Assembly (NCBI GenBank): GCA_963735185.1
Contig: CAVTJV010000007.1
Location: 1,239,791-1,303,790 of the forward strand
From: an uncultured Thermoplasmata archaeon
Lineage (GTDB): Archaea; Thermoplasmatota; Thermoplasmata; Lutacidiplasmatales; UBA184
Direction: 5' to 3'
DNA length: 64,000 bases
Position 1 is the first letter of the stretch; each line of letters begins with the position of its first letter. The notes under the pieces are model-generated. The model was not told the DNA's origin and did not search any database. It worked only from the letters and a program-made list of their open reading frames with translations. Positions 63,843 through 64,000 of the stretch are shown here, one piece after another. The translations under genes and the position numbers were made by a program.

Positions 63843-64000
63843 ATGGCCGCGTTGGTCGTGCCCACGTATCGGCAGCCTCCCGCGGCCTACCGGGCCGCGC
63901 GAGCCCTCCGTCGGGTCAGCTCGATCGTGCTGGTCCTGCTCATCCTCTACGCGGGGACGGTCGCATTCTCGGCGGTCGAGGTCGCGCGGTCGAGCGTACA
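63843..64000 (+). CDS. 5' fragment of an ORF encoding a TM segment (continues past window end)
   Basis: From ATG 63843 the sequence reads MAALVVPTYRQPPAAYRAARALRRVSSIVLVLLILYAGTVAFSAV... It is open to the end of the window. The fragment is too short to classify. Confidence 0.3.
   Translation, partial: MAALVVPTYRQPPAAYRAARALRRVSSIVLVLLILYAGTVAFSAVEVARSSV

Noticed and set aside
1-64000. CRISPR arrays, IS elements, transposases, toxin-antitoxin or known defence gene sets
   Set aside because: No spaced direct repeats, terminal inverted repeats or recognisable nuclease, integrase or transposase translations were seen. The only tandem repeat is the 33-nt coding repeat at 62590-62651.

Overview
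The window is a very GC-rich stretch of archaeal chromosome, about two-thirds G+C by eye. It is densely packed with housekeeping genes on both strands. The archaeal assignment rests on EF-1alpha followed by S10, the S13-S4-S11-RpoD block, membrane LonB, proteasome alpha, pelota, diphthine synthase, aMBF1, TrmY, archaeal NMNAT and archaetidylserine synthase/decarboxylase.

Other recognisable content:
- Transport: the Kdp K+ pump (kdpA 3' end plus a single kdpB-kdpC ORF and a tandem Usp), an ABC-2 exporter pair, two MFS transporters and a CPA2 antiporter.
- Folate and C1 metabolism: fhs, folD and an MptD-like gene.
- DNA repair and topology: uvrA, uvrC and a type IA topoisomerase.
- Cell division: an FtsZ paralogue behind a ribbon-helix-helix (RHH) gene.
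- Lipids and other enzymes: a Tes/MJ0619-family radical SAM enzyme, dnaJ and argF.
- RNA genes: tRNA-Phe(GAA), tRNA-Thr(CGU) and an apparent RNase P RNA in an ORF-poor spacer.

I saw no CRISPR array, transposase, integrase or obvious defence island. I cannot point to one clear-cut novel system.

The items most worth a second look:
- A thiolase-fold protein that lacks the nucleophilic cysteine and is paired with a DUF35 protein.
- The KdpB-KdpC fusion.
- Two conserved genes each broken by a +1 frameshift in a similar sequence context.
- A DUF62 SAM hydrolase whose conserved N-terminus has no start codon and is in frame with the upstream membrane ORF across a single TAG.
- The RHH-FtsZ pair with a perfect 10-bp inverted repeat at its promoter.
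- Several small Cys-rich or Lys-rich ORFs.

Many very long ORFs in the six-frame track are GC-driven shadow ORFs and were rejected. All homology statements come from reading the translations by eye. No searches were run.
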